From Thermoflexales bacterium (GTDB taxonomy: Bacteria > Chloroflexota > Anaerolineae > Fen-1058): 64,000 nt of DNA. Within the stretch, counting starts at the first letter, position 1, and the number at the start of each line of letters is the position of its first letter. Positions 36,905-46,968 of the stretch are shown piece by piece. Location: assembly GCA_041740315.1 (NCBI GenBank), contig JBGSMF010000263.1:2165-66164 (forward strand). Direction: 5' to 3'. Under the pieces are notes generated by a model. The model had not been told where the DNA came from. It worked only from the letters and a program-made list of their open reading frames with translations, and made no database searches. A program made the translations under genes and the position numbers.

Positions 36905-37918
36905 CTAATACTTGAGCGGCTGCTGCCGCCCTATTCGCTCTCGAAAGACCCAATAGGTCCACCCCTGGTAAAGCAGCACAATGGGCACAAAGACGAGCGC
37001 CACGATGCTCATCACCTGCAATGTGTACTGGCTGGACGAGGCGTTATAAATTGTCAGGCTCCACTCTGGATTGAGGCTGGAAACCATCACACGGGGGTAA
37101 AGCCCCAGAAAGGCTGAAATGACGGTGAGGGCAATGGCCAGCCCGCTTACGATAAAGGCCCAGCCGTGCCGCTGCTTGCGCAGGAACCAGCCCACCAGCA
37201 GCACTGCCACGCCTGCGCCCAGCGGCACCAGGCCGGGAGCGATGCCCAGGCGGGTGAATACATCGGTGGCAAAATAACTGCTGATGACCAGCGCAAAGAT
37301 CAACCCGACACTGGGCAACCACAATCTGTCGGCGGCTACGCGCGCCCGTTCCATAATCTCATCTTTGGTCTTGAGGTTGAGGAAAAGAGCCCCGTGCAGC
37401 GTAAAAACCGCCAGGCTGGTCAACCCGGCCAGGAGCGCATACGGATTGAGCAGGTTGATAAAGCCGCCCACGTAATTTTTGCCCGCGTCAATCGGCACGC
37501 CGCGCACAATGTTGGCCAGCGCCACGCCCCACAACAAGGCCGGCCCCAGGCTACCCACGAAAATCATCCAATCCCAAAAATTGCGCCAAAGGGGGTTTTC
37601 ATCCTTGCTGCGAAATTCGAACGCCACGGCGCGCACAATGAGCGCCAGCAGCATCAACAACAACGCCAGGTAAAAGCCGCTGAACAATGTGGCATACCAG
37701 TGCGGAAAGGCGGCAAAAATGGCGCCGCCGGCCGTCAGCAGCCAAACCTCGTTGCCATCCCACATCGGGCCAATGGTGTTGATGACCACACGGCGGTCGG
37801 TATCGTCTTTGGCCAAAAAAGGCAGCAAGATGCCCACGCCATAATCAAAGCCTTCCAAGAAGAAAAAACCGATGAACAGCACAGAAACAAGAATGAACCA
37901 GAGAGTGTTGAGATCCAT
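36905..37918 (-). CDS. cydB: Cytochrome bd ubiquinol oxidase subunit II
   Basis: LEGFDYGVG, IGPMWDGNEVWL, FAAFP.WY, AFEFR, LTIYNASSS. Confidence 0.96.
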   Translation of the reverse strand: MDLNTLWFILVSVLFIGFFFLEGFDYGVGILLPFLAKDDTDRRVVINTIGPMWDGNEVWLLTAGGAIFAAFPHWYATLFSGFYLALLLMLLALIVRAVAFEFRSKDENPLWRNFWDWMIFVGSLGPALLWGVALANIVRGVPIDAGKNYVGGFINLLNPYALLAGLTSLAVFTLHGALFLNLKTKDEIMERARVAADRLWLPSVGLIFALVISSYFATDVFTRLGIAPGLVPLGAGVAVLLVGWFLRKQRHGWAFIVSGLAIALTVISAFLGLYPRVMVSSLNPEWSLTIYNASSSQYTLQVMSIVALVFVPIVLLYQGWTYWVFRERIGRQQPLKY

Positions 37919-37991
37919 TGTCACCTCCAAAAGCTATTGCTGACGAATGACTACCGATCACTATCAATGGTACTGTGTCGGGGGGCGCTGG

Positions 37992-39350
37992 TCAATAAGC
38001 CATTGTTGGCTCGCCTTTATCCACTGGCCCCATTTTGGCATACTTGACCATCAGATAAACATCGGCCACCATCAGCGCGCCATAGAGCAGCGTAAAGGCA
38101 ATCACCGAAGAGAGCACCATGCCGCCCGTCACCGTCGGCGAGACGGCGTCTTGCACTTTCATCAAGCCGAATACCACCCACGGCTGGCGGCCCAACTCGG
38201 TCAGCAGCCAGCCAGAGGTATTGGCGATGTAGGGCAGCGCAATGCCAAACGGCAGCCAGCGCAGCAACCAGCGGGTTTGCTCAAAGCGATTTCTCATAAC
38301 CAGATACAGGCCAAGCAAAGCCAACGCCGCCATGACGAATCCAGCGCCAACCATCAAGCGAAAGGCCCAGTATGTTATAGTAATTGGCGGGGCATAATTG
38401 CCTGGACCGTATTTCTGCTCATACTCGGCCTGAAGGTTCTTGACGCCTTTTACCTCACCGTCAAAGCGATTGTAAGCCAAAAAGCTGAGCAGGCGGGGGA
38501 TGCGAATGGCAAACACATCGCGCTGTTCTGACTCGTTGGCCAAGGTGAACAGCGACATTGAGGCCGGGTCTTTGGTTTCCCACAGCGCCTCGGCGGCGGC
38601 CATCTTCATCGGCTGGGTCCGCACCATGTGCTGCGCCTGGGTGTGCCCGACCATAATCACCATGAGGCTGCCCATAGCGCCATAAACCACCGCCATCTGA
38701 AACGAGCGCCTGAAAAATTCCACATTGTTCTTTCTGAAAAGATGATAGGCGCTAATGCCGAGCACGAAAAACGCCGCCGTTGTCACGCCAGAAAAGAGTA
38801 CATGTGGGAACTGTAGCCATACGTGCGGATTGGAAATCAGCGCCACAAAGTCGGTCATTTCGGCCCGTCCGCTGGCTGCAAGCTGATAGCCCACCGGCTG
38901 CTGCATAAACGAGTTGGCGACTAGAATCCAAAATGCCGAAAGATTCGAGCCAAGCGCCACCACCCAAATTGTGGCGGCATGGATAGGCTTGGGCAGCTTG
39001 TCCCAGCCAAAGACCCACAGTCCAAGAAAGGTGGATTCCAGGAAAAAGGCCAGCAGCGCCTCTATGGCCAGGGGCGCGCCGAAAATATCGCCCACAAAGC
39101 GCGAGTATTCCGACCAGTTCATGCCGAATTGAAATTCTTGCACGATGCCGGTGGCCACGCCTATAGCGAAATTGATGAGAAACAGCTTGCCCCAAAACTG
39201 GGCCATGCGCTTGTACAGGTCTTTGTTAGAGCGCAGATAGGCGCTTTCCATAATGGCCACCAGGATGGAAAGGCCCAAGGTCAGGGGGACAAAGAAAAAG
39301 TGGTACACCGTGGTAATTCCAAATTGCCATCGAGCGAGTGCCAGTTCCAT
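37992..39350 (-). CDS. cydA: Cytochrome bd ubiquinol oxidase subunit I
   Basis: ARWQF, YHFFFVP, QEFQFGMNW, FFLESTF, QPMKMAAAE, ELGRQPW. Confidence 0.96.
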   Translation of the reverse strand: MELALARWQFGITTVYHFFFVPLTLGLSILVAIMESAYLRSNKDLYKRMAQFWGKLFLINFAIGVATGIVQEFQFGMNWSEYSRFVGDIFGAPLAIEALLAFFLESTFLGLWVFGWDKLPKPIHAATIWVVALGSNLSAFWILVANSFMQQPVGYQLAASGRAEMTDFVALISNPHVWLQFPHVLFSGVTTAAFFVLGISAYHLFRKNNVEFFRRSFQMAVVYGAMGSLMVIMVGHTQAQHMVRTQPMKMAAAEALWETKDPASMSLFTLANESEQRDVFAIRIPRLLSFLAYNRFDGEVKGVKNLQAEYEQKYGPGNYAPPITITYWAFRLMVGAGFVMAALALLGLYLVMRNRFEQTRWLLRWLPFGIALPYIANTSGWLLTELGRQPWVVFGLMKVQDAVSPTVTGGMVLSSVIAFTLLYGALMVADVYLMVKYAKMGPVDKGEPTMAY

Positions 39351-39488
39351 TCTTCACCTCTACAGATTCAGGATGCGGCTTGCTGTTTTATATTTTACTC
39401 CGCAATGAAATTAGCACAAGCGGCAGGGCTTGCCGAAAGGACGTTTTGCTGGTATAAGGACTGTTCTCAATAGACATTATCGGAAATA

Positions 39489-39554
39489 GCAGGACTGGCA
39501 TCCCCACACCTGCACTTGCGCCAAGCGCAGCGCAGGTGCAAGTGTGCCAGTCCG
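39489..39554 (+). repeat. REP-like palindrome with a second repeat inserted in its loop
   Basis: GCAGGACTGGCATCCCCA-[CACCTGCACTTGCGC...GCAGGTGCAAGTG]-TGCCAGTCCG. Confidence 0.7.
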
Positions 39555-39624
39555 CCAACGTATGGGGATACGTTGGCTATGTTATTTCCGATAAACTCTA
39601 ATATATCGCAGGATACAAATCACC

Positions 39625-40443
39625 ATGCCAACAGAGAAAGCGCTCATTCTTTTCACCAATGATGATGGCATTGCCTCGCCAGGGTTGCGGGCTGCCGCCG
39701 CTGCACTGGCGGATCTGGGCCAAGCCCTCATCGTAGCGCCCCGTGAACAGCAATCGGGCATGGGGCGCAGCTTGCCTGCCAGCTTTGAGGGGCGTATTAC
39801 GCTTTACCCGCTGGTCATTAAGCGGGATGGCGGCGCCCAGGGGCACATTCAGGGGTACGCCGTCGAAGGCTCGCCCGCGCAAGCTGTGCAGTATGCCCTG
39901 GTGGAAATTGCCCCACGCAAGCCATCGCTGGTGGTGGCCGGCATCAATTACGGCGAGAATATTGGCGGCGGCATTGTTATTTCTGGCACAGTGGGCGCTG
40001 CGCTGGAAGGCGCCGCTTTTGGCATTCCGGCGTTAGCCATCTCGCTGCAAACCGCGCCCGAGCACTATTACAGCCATTCGGAGGAGGTGGATTTCAGCGC
40101 GGCCTCCTACTTTCTCCGCCTGTTTGCCGAGCGGGTTCTGACCATAGGATTGCCTCAGGGAGTGGATCTGCTCAAGATTGATGTGCCGTGCGATGCTACC
40201 CCCGCCACCCCCTGGCGCTGGACACGCGTTTCGCGCCAACGCTATTTTATCCCCCTCAAGCCAGAACGCGCCAAGATCACCGACCCCGGCAAGCTGGGCT
40301 TTGCCATTTATTTCGACCGGGACACGCTGGAACCTGACAGCGACGTGTATGCCTTGGCAGTGGATAAGGTGGTCTCTGTGACTCCCCTCATTGAGGACAT
40401 GACGGCGCGCACGTTTGAAGCTCTACAGGCTGGGGAGCTATAG
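39625..40443 (+). CDS. surE: 5'/3'-nucleotidase SurE
   Basis: TNDDG..SPG, AP..QQSG, GSPA, GINYGEN, SGTVGAA, SVTPL. Confidence 0.95.
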   Translation: MPTEKALILFTNDDGIASPGLRAAAAALADLGQALIVAPREQQSGMGRSLPASFEGRITLYPLVIKRDGGAQGHIQGYAVEGSPAQAVQYALVEIAPRKPSLVVAGINYGENIGGGIVISGTVGAALEGAAFGIPALAISLQTAPEHYYSHSEEVDFSAASYFLRLFAERVLTIGLPQGVDLLKIDVPCDATPATPWRWTRVSRQRYFIPLKPERAKITDPGKLGFAIYFDRDTLEPDSDVYALAVDKVVSVTPLIEDMTARTFEALQAGEL

Positions 40444-40463
40444 GATGGCATAGGGATGCGGCG

Positions 40464-41018
40464 TTATTTCGTATAGACCTCTGGCATCAGCTCGGCGATG
40501 TAGGGTAGGGTGCGGTATTCGTCGGAATAATCTAGCCCATAGCCCACCACCCACACGTCGGGGATTTCAAAGCCCAGGTAGTCAATGTGCACCTCCACCT
40601 GGCGGCGGTCGGGCTTGCTCAACAGCACGCAGGTGCGCAGCGAGGCCGGGTGGCGCGCCAGGAACAGGCTGTGCAAATATTCCAGAGTATAGCCGGTGTC
40701 TACAATATCTTCAACAATAATGACGTGCCGGTTTCTGATCCTGGCCCGCGTGTCCATAATAATGCGCACTTCGCCGGTGCTGGTGGCGCTCTGGTTGTAG
40801 CTAGAGAGCGCAATAAAATCCACGTGAGTAGGCAGGGTGAGGCTGCGGGTCAGGTCGGCCATAAAGATATAGACCCCCTTGAGCACGCCCACCATCACCA
40901 AATCTTGCGCATCGGCATAATCGGCGCTGATTTGCGCCGCCAGTTCACCTGCTCGTTTTTGGATTGTTTGCTGGGCCAGCAATACTCGTTTAATTGCATT
41001 GTTCGTTTTCACATTCAT
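40464..41018 (-). CDS. hpt: Hypoxanthine phosphoribosyltransferase
   Basis: GVLKG, FMADL, IVEDIVDTG, VVGYGLDY, YRTLPYI. Confidence 0.95.
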   Translation of the reverse strand: MNVKTNNAIKRVLLAQQTIQKRAGELAAQISADYADAQDLVMVGVLKGVYIFMADLTRSLTLPTHVDFIALSSYNQSATSTGEVRIIMDTRARIRNRHVIIVEDIVDTGYTLEYLHSLFLARHPASLRTCVLLSKPDRRQVEVHIDYLGFEIPDVWVVGYGLDYSDEYRTLPYIAELMPEVYTK

Positions 41019-41167
41019 CGCGCAGCTCCTCTATCATTAGACGTTATTGAAAATAAGGTTTTTTTAACGCAAAGGTGCAAAGGAGCCAAGCCGCAAAGAC
41101 AAAATCATATTCACTTTGCGTCTTTGTAACTTGGCGGCCTGGCGTTAAAAATTACTCCCGATAAACT

Positions 41168-42622
41168 CTATTTAGCCAATAATTGCATCCCCGCCTCAAC
41201 CACAGACAGCCACGAGCCGGGCGCAATTCCTAACAACAGCGTAACCAGTGCGGCAATGGCCAGGGTCCACCCATACAGGGGGCGCAGTGCGGGCCAGTCT
41301 TGTTCGGGTTCTTGCATTGTCATCACCACCACCACACGCAGATAGTAAAAGGCGCTGACCAGGCTGGTGAGGACGCCAATAGCCACCAGCCAAACTAGGC
41401 GGCTACCCAGGGCCGCCGCAAAGACATAATATTTGGCAAAAAAGCCGGCTGTGGGCGGGATGCCCGTCAACGAAAACATAAAGATTACCATGGCCACTGC
41501 CGCCCACGGCTGGCGGCGCATTAGCCCGGCATAGCGGCCAAACGATTGATCTTCGGTTTTGCTGGCATCCTCAGTCAAAGCTGCCAGCAAAGCAAACGCG
41601 CCGATATTTGTGAATGTATATGCCGCCAGGTAAAACAGCATGCCTGCCGCGCCCAGAGCGCTGCCAGCGGCCATGCCCATCAGCAAATAGCCGGCGTGGG
41701 CAATGCTGGAATATGCCAGCATGCGCTTGAGATTGGTTTGAACAATCGCTGTCACATTGCCAACGATCATTGTCAAGGCCGACAGCACGGCCACAATCGC
41801 GCCCCAATCCACATATAGCTCTGGCAGAGCGTACAAAAAGACGCGCATCAACGCGGCAAAGCCGGCCAGCTTGACTACCACCGACATAAAACCCGTCACC
41901 GGTGTAGGCGCGCCCTCGTACACATCGGGCGTCCACATATGGAACGGCACGGCAGCCACCTTGAATCCCAGGCCGACCAAAATGAGGCCTGCCCCAACTA
42001 GCAGCAATGTGTTGCGCGCCGGATATTGGGTATGTGATATTGCGGCCAGGCTGGTCGTGCCGGTTGCGCCATAGACCAGCGCAATGCCAAACACCAAAAA
42101 ACCGCTGGCAAACGCCCCCAGCAAGAAATATTTGAGGGCGGCTTCTTCAGACTCTAATTGTGGGTGCGCAAAGCCGGCCAACACATACAACGGGATCGAG
42201 AGCAATTCTAGCCCCAAGAACACCACAATCAAATCGGCTCCCGAGGCCATCAACACCATGCCGGCTGTGCTGAACAGCAGTAGCGCGTAATACTCGCCCC
42301 GTTCGATGCGGCGGCTGCGCATATAGTCCATCGAGCTCATCACCGTGAGGGCCGTGGCCGTGATGCCAATGGCGCTGAGGAAAAGCGCCATGCCATCTTG
42401 CACCACGCTCTGCGTCCCGCCAAAGCCGCTGGCTTGCTGCCGCCATAGGGCAATCACTGCTATCATTGCCGCCGCCAACCCCAGCAAGCCAGCCAGCCCT
42501 AGCGCAGTATAGTGCTGCGGCTTGGCGACCAGGTCGAACAGCAAAATAATCATTCCCCAGCCGCACAATATGAGCACAGGCAGAGAGACCAAAATGTCTT
42601 GGGCTGAAAATTGAATTTGCAT
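41168..42622 (-). CDS. nuoN: NADH-quinone oxidoreductase subunit N
   Basis: GEYY, EAALKYF, FKVAAVPFHMWTPDVYEGAPTP, KRMLAYSSIAHAGY. Confidence 0.96.
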   Translation of the reverse strand: MQIQFSAQDILVSLPVLILCGWGMIILLFDLVAKPQHYTALGLAGLLGLAAAMIAVIALWRQQASGFGGTQSVVQDGMALFLSAIGITATALTVMSSMDYMRSRRIERGEYYALLLFSTAGMVLMASGADLIVVFLGLELLSIPLYVLAGFAHPQLESEEAALKYFLLGAFASGFLVFGIALVYGATGTTSLAAISHTQYPARNTLLLVGAGLILVGLGFKVAAVPFHMWTPDVYEGAPTPVTGFMSVVVKLAGFAALMRVFLYALPELYVDWGAIVAVLSALTMIVGNVTAIVQTNLKRMLAYSSIAHAGYLLMGMAAGSALGAAGMLFYLAAYTFTNIGAFALLAALTEDASKTEDQSFGRYAGLMRRQPWAAVAMVIFMFSLTGIPPTAGFFAKYYVFAAALGSRLVWLVAIGVLTSLVSAFYYLRVVVVMTMQEPEQDWPALRPLYGWTLAIAALVTLLLGIAPGSWLSVVEAGMQLLAK

Positions 42623-42683
42623 AAATATCTCTAGTTGTCTAGTCTGATAGTCAAATAGCCTGGTAGTCGAATGGTCTATCCGA

Positions 42684-44186
42684 CTATTTGACTAACAGAC
42701 TAACCGCTGCATCCATTGCATCAAAAAAAGGCCGGGGATACAGGCCGATGACAAAGATCAAAACCACCAGCGGGGCCAGCACCCATAACTCGCGCCGCGT
42801 CAAGTCTTGCATATCCTGGTTGGCCGGCTTGACCTCGCCCAGGTATACTTTTTGGAACATTGTCAGCAAATACACTGCCGCCAAAATCACTCCGCTGGCG
42901 GCAAAGGCCGTATACACCCAGGGCTGTGGGGCCAACGCCTGGCTGTGGAACGAGCCGAGCAAAATCGTAAACTCGCCCACAAAGCCATTCAAGCCCGGCA
43001 GCCCCATCGAGCTGAGCACAACGATGAGCGACAGCGCGCCATACACCGGCATCAGCTTCATCAACCCGCCAAAAGCGTCCATCTGGCGAGTGTGTTTGCG
43101 CTCGTAAATCATGCCCACCAGCAAGAACAAGGCGCCAGTGGACAGGCCGTGATTGATCATTTGCAGCAGCGCGCCCTGGATGCCGGCCGCGGTGAGGCTG
43201 AAAATGCCCAGCACCACAAAGCCCAGGTGGCTGACCGAAGAATAGGCCACCAGCTTTTTAACGTCGCTCTGGGCATAGCTGACCAGTGCGCCATAGATGA
43301 TGCCAATAATCGCCAGCACTGCCATCACCGGCGCAGCCTGCGCCGATGCCTGCGGAAAGAGCGGCAGGTTGAAGCGCAAAAAGCCATAGGTGCCCATCTT
43401 GAGCAAGACGCCCGCCAGGATCACGCTGCCGGCGGTGGGCGCTTCGACGTGCGCATCGGGCAGCCACGAGTGCAGCGGCCACAATGGCACTTTGATGGCA
43501 AATGCGATGGCAAAGCCCGCAAACAGCCACAACTGCTGGCCGACGCCCAGATTCATAGCCAGCGGGATGAGCTGGGTCAGATCAAATGTGCCCACGCCAT
43601 TATGCTGCTCGGCATACATCAACCACAGGCTGATGATGGACAGCAGCATCAGCAGCGAACCAGCCATGGTGTATAGAAAGAACTTGACCGCGGCATACAC
43701 CCGGCGCGGCCCGCCCCAAATGCCAATGAGGAAATACATGGGGACGAGCGTAAATTCCCAAAAGATGTAAAACAAGAAGAGATCGAGCGACGCAAAAACG
43801 CCCAGCATGCCGGTCTCTAGCAAAAGCATGAAAATCATGTACTCTTTGAGCCGGTCGTGCACCGCGTTCCAAGACGATAAAATGGCGATGGGCGTGATGA
43901 GCGTGGTTAGCAGCACTAACCACAGGCTGATGCCATCTATGCCCAGGAAATATTGAATGCCCCACATTGGCACCCACAAGGCGCGGTCTACAAATTGCAA
44001 CCCGGCTTGGCGCCACTGGAAAAAGATCAGCAAGCCCAGCGATAGCACAAACGTCACCGCCGAAAAGACCAATGCCGCGCGCTTGATCATCTCCTCGCGC
44101 TCGCGCCGGATGAGCAGCAGCGCCAGCGCGCCCAGCGTGGGCAGAAAGGTGATAATGGTCAGTAATGGAAAATTCAGAACGTTCAT
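42684..44186 (-). CDS. nuoM: NADH-quinone oxidoreductase subunit M
   Basis: GIDGIS, FYIFWE, IKVPLWPLHSWLPDAHVEAPTAGS, YSSVSHLG. Confidence 0.96.
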   Translation of the reverse strand: MNVLNFPLLTIITFLPTLGALALLLIRREREEMIKRAALVFSAVTFVLSLGLLIFFQWRQAGLQFVDRALWVPMWGIQYFLGIDGISLWLVLLTTLITPIAILSSWNAVHDRLKEYMIFMLLLETGMLGVFASLDLFLFYIFWEFTLVPMYFLIGIWGGPRRVYAAVKFFLYTMAGSLLMLLSIISLWLMYAEQHNGVGTFDLTQLIPLAMNLGVGQQLWLFAGFAIAFAIKVPLWPLHSWLPDAHVEAPTAGSVILAGVLLKMGTYGFLRFNLPLFPQASAQAAPVMAVLAIIGIIYGALVSYAQSDVKKLVAYSSVSHLGFVVLGIFSLTAAGIQGALLQMINHGLSTGALFLLVGMIYERKHTRQMDAFGGLMKLMPVYGALSLIVVLSSMGLPGLNGFVGEFTILLGSFHSQALAPQPWVYTAFAASGVILAAVYLLTMFQKVYLGEVKPANQDMQDLTRRELWVLAPLVVLIFVIGLYPRPFFDAMDAAVSLLVK

Positions 44187-44216
44187 CTGTCTCCTTGATT
44201 CGGTAGATGACAGCTG

Positions 44217-44245
44217 TTGCCGAGCAAGCGCAAGAATGTTATAAT
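44217..44245 (+). promoter_or_regulatory. Promoter of the antisense TA pair
   Basis: TTGCCG-17 bp-TATAAT with TG extension; CCGAGCAA direct repeats near 44220 and 44253. Confidence 0.65.
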
Positions 44246-44290
44246 AATTTAACCGAGCAATACAATTGTTGGCTAGATGGAGTCAAGACC

Positions 44291-44509
44291 ATGTTCAAAT
44301 CAAAACGCCTTACCTTTGATGAATTGTGCGAGCGATTGCGCCAGTACGAGCTCAAATATGGCTATTCTACCATCGAGTTTTATCGCCGCTTTGAAAGCGG
44401 TGAACTGGGCGATGATGACGATCTGATGCTGTGGGCAGGTTTGTATCATCTTTATTTAACTTCATTGCCTATCCGTCAATTTATGCAAAAGGAAACAATA
44501 GCTGCGTGA
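44291..44509 (+). CDS. Putative antitoxin (TumA-like)
   Basis: 72 aa, L..YE.KYG.ST.EFY..F..GELGD...W pattern; GGAG RBS; GTGA overlap with next gene. Confidence 0.7.
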   Translation: MFKSKRLTFDELCERLRQYELKYGYSTIEFYRRFESGELGDDDDLMLWAGLYHLYLTSLPIRQFMQKETIAA

Positions 44510-44895
44510 TTATTGACGAGTATTTCACATCCATCGAACATACTCTGGAACGCAACGCCCGAATTAGCAAGATTGAAGAGCCAATCGTTTGCCTGGCCTC
44601 AGACAACCACAATGGAATTTTGCGATGCCGCGTTTTCTTTTGGGATAATTCGTATCTTGACATCCATGAAACCATCAGCACTGAACTGGGTTATCCTGTT
44701 CGCGTGAATTATGCATATGCTTACATTCGCAATGGTCAGGGTGTATTTCGTTACGATAATGCTCCTCATCATCCCGAAATTGCAACCCATCCTCATCACA
44801 AGCATATCGGGCCAACTGATCGTCTAGCTCCAACAGACCAGCCTACGCTGAGCCAGGTGTTGGCTGAGATAGAAGGCTGGTTGAACTCAACGTAA
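44506..44895 (+). CDS. Putative toxin (TumE/DUF6516-like)
   Basis: 129 aa, YAY...FRYDNAPHH....THPHHKH motif. Confidence 0.78.
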   Translation: MIIDEYFTSIEHTLERNARISKIEEPIVCLASDNHNGILRCRVFFWDNSYLDIHETISTELGYPVRVNYAYAYIRNGQGVFRYDNAPHHPEIATHPHHKHIGPTDRLAPTDQPTLSQVLAEIEGWLNST

Positions 44896-46968
44896 CACCA
44901 AATACACCACAATCGCCACCACGCCCATAAAGATCCCCAATGCATAGGTGCGCACATAGCCGGTCTGCAACTTGCGCAGTTGCTCGGCCAGCGCGCGCAC
45001 CAGCCTGCCCGCGCCATCAAAGCCGGCGTCAATGAGGCCCTTGTCTACCGGCTGGCTCAGAAATTCGGTTGCGCGCTTGAACGTGCCGGCAATCGCAGTA
45101 TCGTGGAACCAATCGTGCCAAAAGCGCCCGTCAATCACATCAGCCAGGAAATTTGCCAGCCGCCGGAACGGGTCAACAAAGAAATAGGCGTAAATTTCAT
45201 CTACCCAATACTTGGCATTCAGCAGCCGGAAAACCCCGCCCAAGCGGCGCAAGGGATCATCTGATTCAACCGGCTGGGGGCCAAAGTAGCTGCGATAGGT
45301 CAGCGTGCCCAGCCCAACGCCCGCTGCCGCCACGGCGATGGAAACGCCCGCCAGCAAGGGCGCAAGCGAAGGTAACGGCTCGGCAGAATGGTGGCCGGTG
45401 TAAAAATCTTGAAACCAGTGAATGCCCAGCAGCGGCGCGTTGGCAAACCCTGCCACGGCGGCCAAGAACGCCAGCGCCAGCAGCACATTGACCATCACCG
45501 GCGGGCTTTCTGTGGCGTGTTTGGCAGCAGCGTGGCGCGGCGCGCCGAAAAAGACCATGATCACCTGGCGCGTCATGTAAAACGCTGTAAAGAACGCCGC
45601 CACCAACAAAAAGACAAAGGCCAGTTGATACGGCCACAAGGCGGCTCCCTTGCTGCCAAAGCCCTTGATAAAGGCTTCTAACACAATTTCGTCCTTGCTC
45701 CAAAAGCCGGCCAGTGGCGGCACACCCGCCAGCGCCAGCGCGCCGACGAGATAGGCCCAAAAGGTCTTGGTTAGCCTGTTCTTTAGCCCGCCCATGTGGC
45801 GAATGTCGCCTGCCTGGTCGGCAGACAAGTTCGGGTCAAATTCGTGGTTGTTGGTCAGCAGTCGGTGGTCATTGGTTGCATGATGCCCGTGCTCCATGGC
45901 GTGAATCACGCTGCCCGCGCCCAAAAAGAGCAGCGCCTTGAAAAACGCGTGGGTGGCCAAATGAAACACGCCCGCGGCAGCCGCGCCCATCCCTACCGCC
46001 GTGATCATAAAGCCAAGCTGGCTGATGGTGGAATAGGCCAGAATCTTTTTAATATCAAATTGGGCCAGCGCGATAGTAGCCGCAAACAAGGCTGTGGCTG
46101 CGCCAACCAGCGCCACCACCGTTTGCGAGACAGGCGCAAGCTCGTAAAGAGGCTGGCTGCGGGCGATCATGTACACGCCCGCTGTGACCATCGTCGCGGC
46201 GTGGATGAGGGCCGAAACCGGCGTGGGGCCGGCCATCGCATCGGGCAGCCAGACGTACAGCGGAATTTGCGCGCTCTTGCCGGCAGCGCCCACAAACAGC
46301 AGCAGTGTGATGGCAGTGGCCAAACCTGCTTCGAGGTGCGGCTCGTGCAAGACCTGGTGGAACTGGAACGAATCAAATGTATAAAAAATCAAGAAAATGC
46401 CCAGCAAAAAGCCAAAATCGCCTATGCGGTTGACGATAAAAGCCTTGTTGGCCGCATCGGAATTCTTTTTCTTTTCAAACCAGAACCCAATCAACAAATA
46501 CGAGCACAGGCCCACGCCTTCCCAGCCGATGAACAGCATCAGATAAGAATTGCCCATCACCAGCGTGAGCATAAAGACCAGAAAGAGATTGAGGTACACA
46601 AAAAAGCGCCGATAGCGGCTGTCGCCCTGCATATAGCCGATGGAGTAAATGTGAATGAGCGTGCCCACGCCTGTAACCACCAGCAACATTGTGGCTGAAA
46701 GCGGGTCAATCCATGCGCCCAGCTCGATTTTGAGTTTGCCTATCTCGGCCCAGGTGTACCACGCGCGCTCGACGCTGTGTGCCCCTTCGGGCAAGCCCAA
46801 CACCGCCACAAAGGTCAGACCCGCCAGCACAAACGCGGCCGACGAAGCCAACACTGCAATGGCGCTGACGGTCTCTTTTTTCATCCGCCGCCCAAAGAAA
46901 GAGTTGATCGCCACACCCAAGGCCGGAAGAACAATAATCAGCCACGCCAGGTCAAAGATTGCTTGCAT
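44887..46968 (-). CDS. nuoL: NADH-quinone oxidoreductase subunit L
   Basis: IHIYSIGYM, GWEGVGLCSY, KAFIVNRIGD, GKSAQIPLYVWLPDAMAGPTPVSALIHAATMV, THAFFKALLF. Confidence 0.97.
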   Translation of the reverse strand: MQAIFDLAWLIIVLPALGVAINSFFGRRMKKETVSAIAVLASSAAFVLAGLTFVAVLGLPEGAHSVERAWYTWAEIGKLKIELGAWIDPLSATMLLVVTGVGTLIHIYSIGYMQGDSRYRRFFVYLNLFLVFMLTLVMGNSYLMLFIGWEGVGLCSYLLIGFWFEKKKNSDAANKAFIVNRIGDFGFLLGIFLIFYTFDSFQFHQVLHEPHLEAGLATAITLLLFVGAAGKSAQIPLYVWLPDAMAGPTPVSALIHAATMVTAGVYMIARSQPLYELAPVSQTVVALVGAATALFAATIALAQFDIKKILAYSTISQLGFMITAVGMGAAAAGVFHLATHAFFKALLFLGAGSVIHAMEHGHHATNDHRLLTNNHEFDPNLSADQAGDIRHMGGLKNRLTKTFWAYLVGALALAGVPPLAGFWSKDEIVLEAFIKGFGSKGAALWPYQLAFVFLLVAAFFTAFYMTRQVIMVFFGAPRHAAAKHATESPPVMVNVLLALAFLAAVAGFANAPLLGIHWFQDFYTGHHSAEPLPSLAPLLAGVSIAVAAAGVGLGTLTYRSYFGPQPVESDDPLRRLGGVFRLLNAKYWVDEIYAYFFVDPFRRLANFLADVIDGRFWHDWFHDTAIAGTFKRATEFLSQPVDKGLIDAGFDGAGRLVRALAEQLRKLQTGYVRTYALGIFMGVVAIVVYLVLR

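Noticed and set aside
39400-39420. Rex-like operator upstream of cydA (TTGTGCTAATTTCATTG on minus strand)
   Set aside because: Only one half-site resembles TTGTGAA-N4-TTCACAA.
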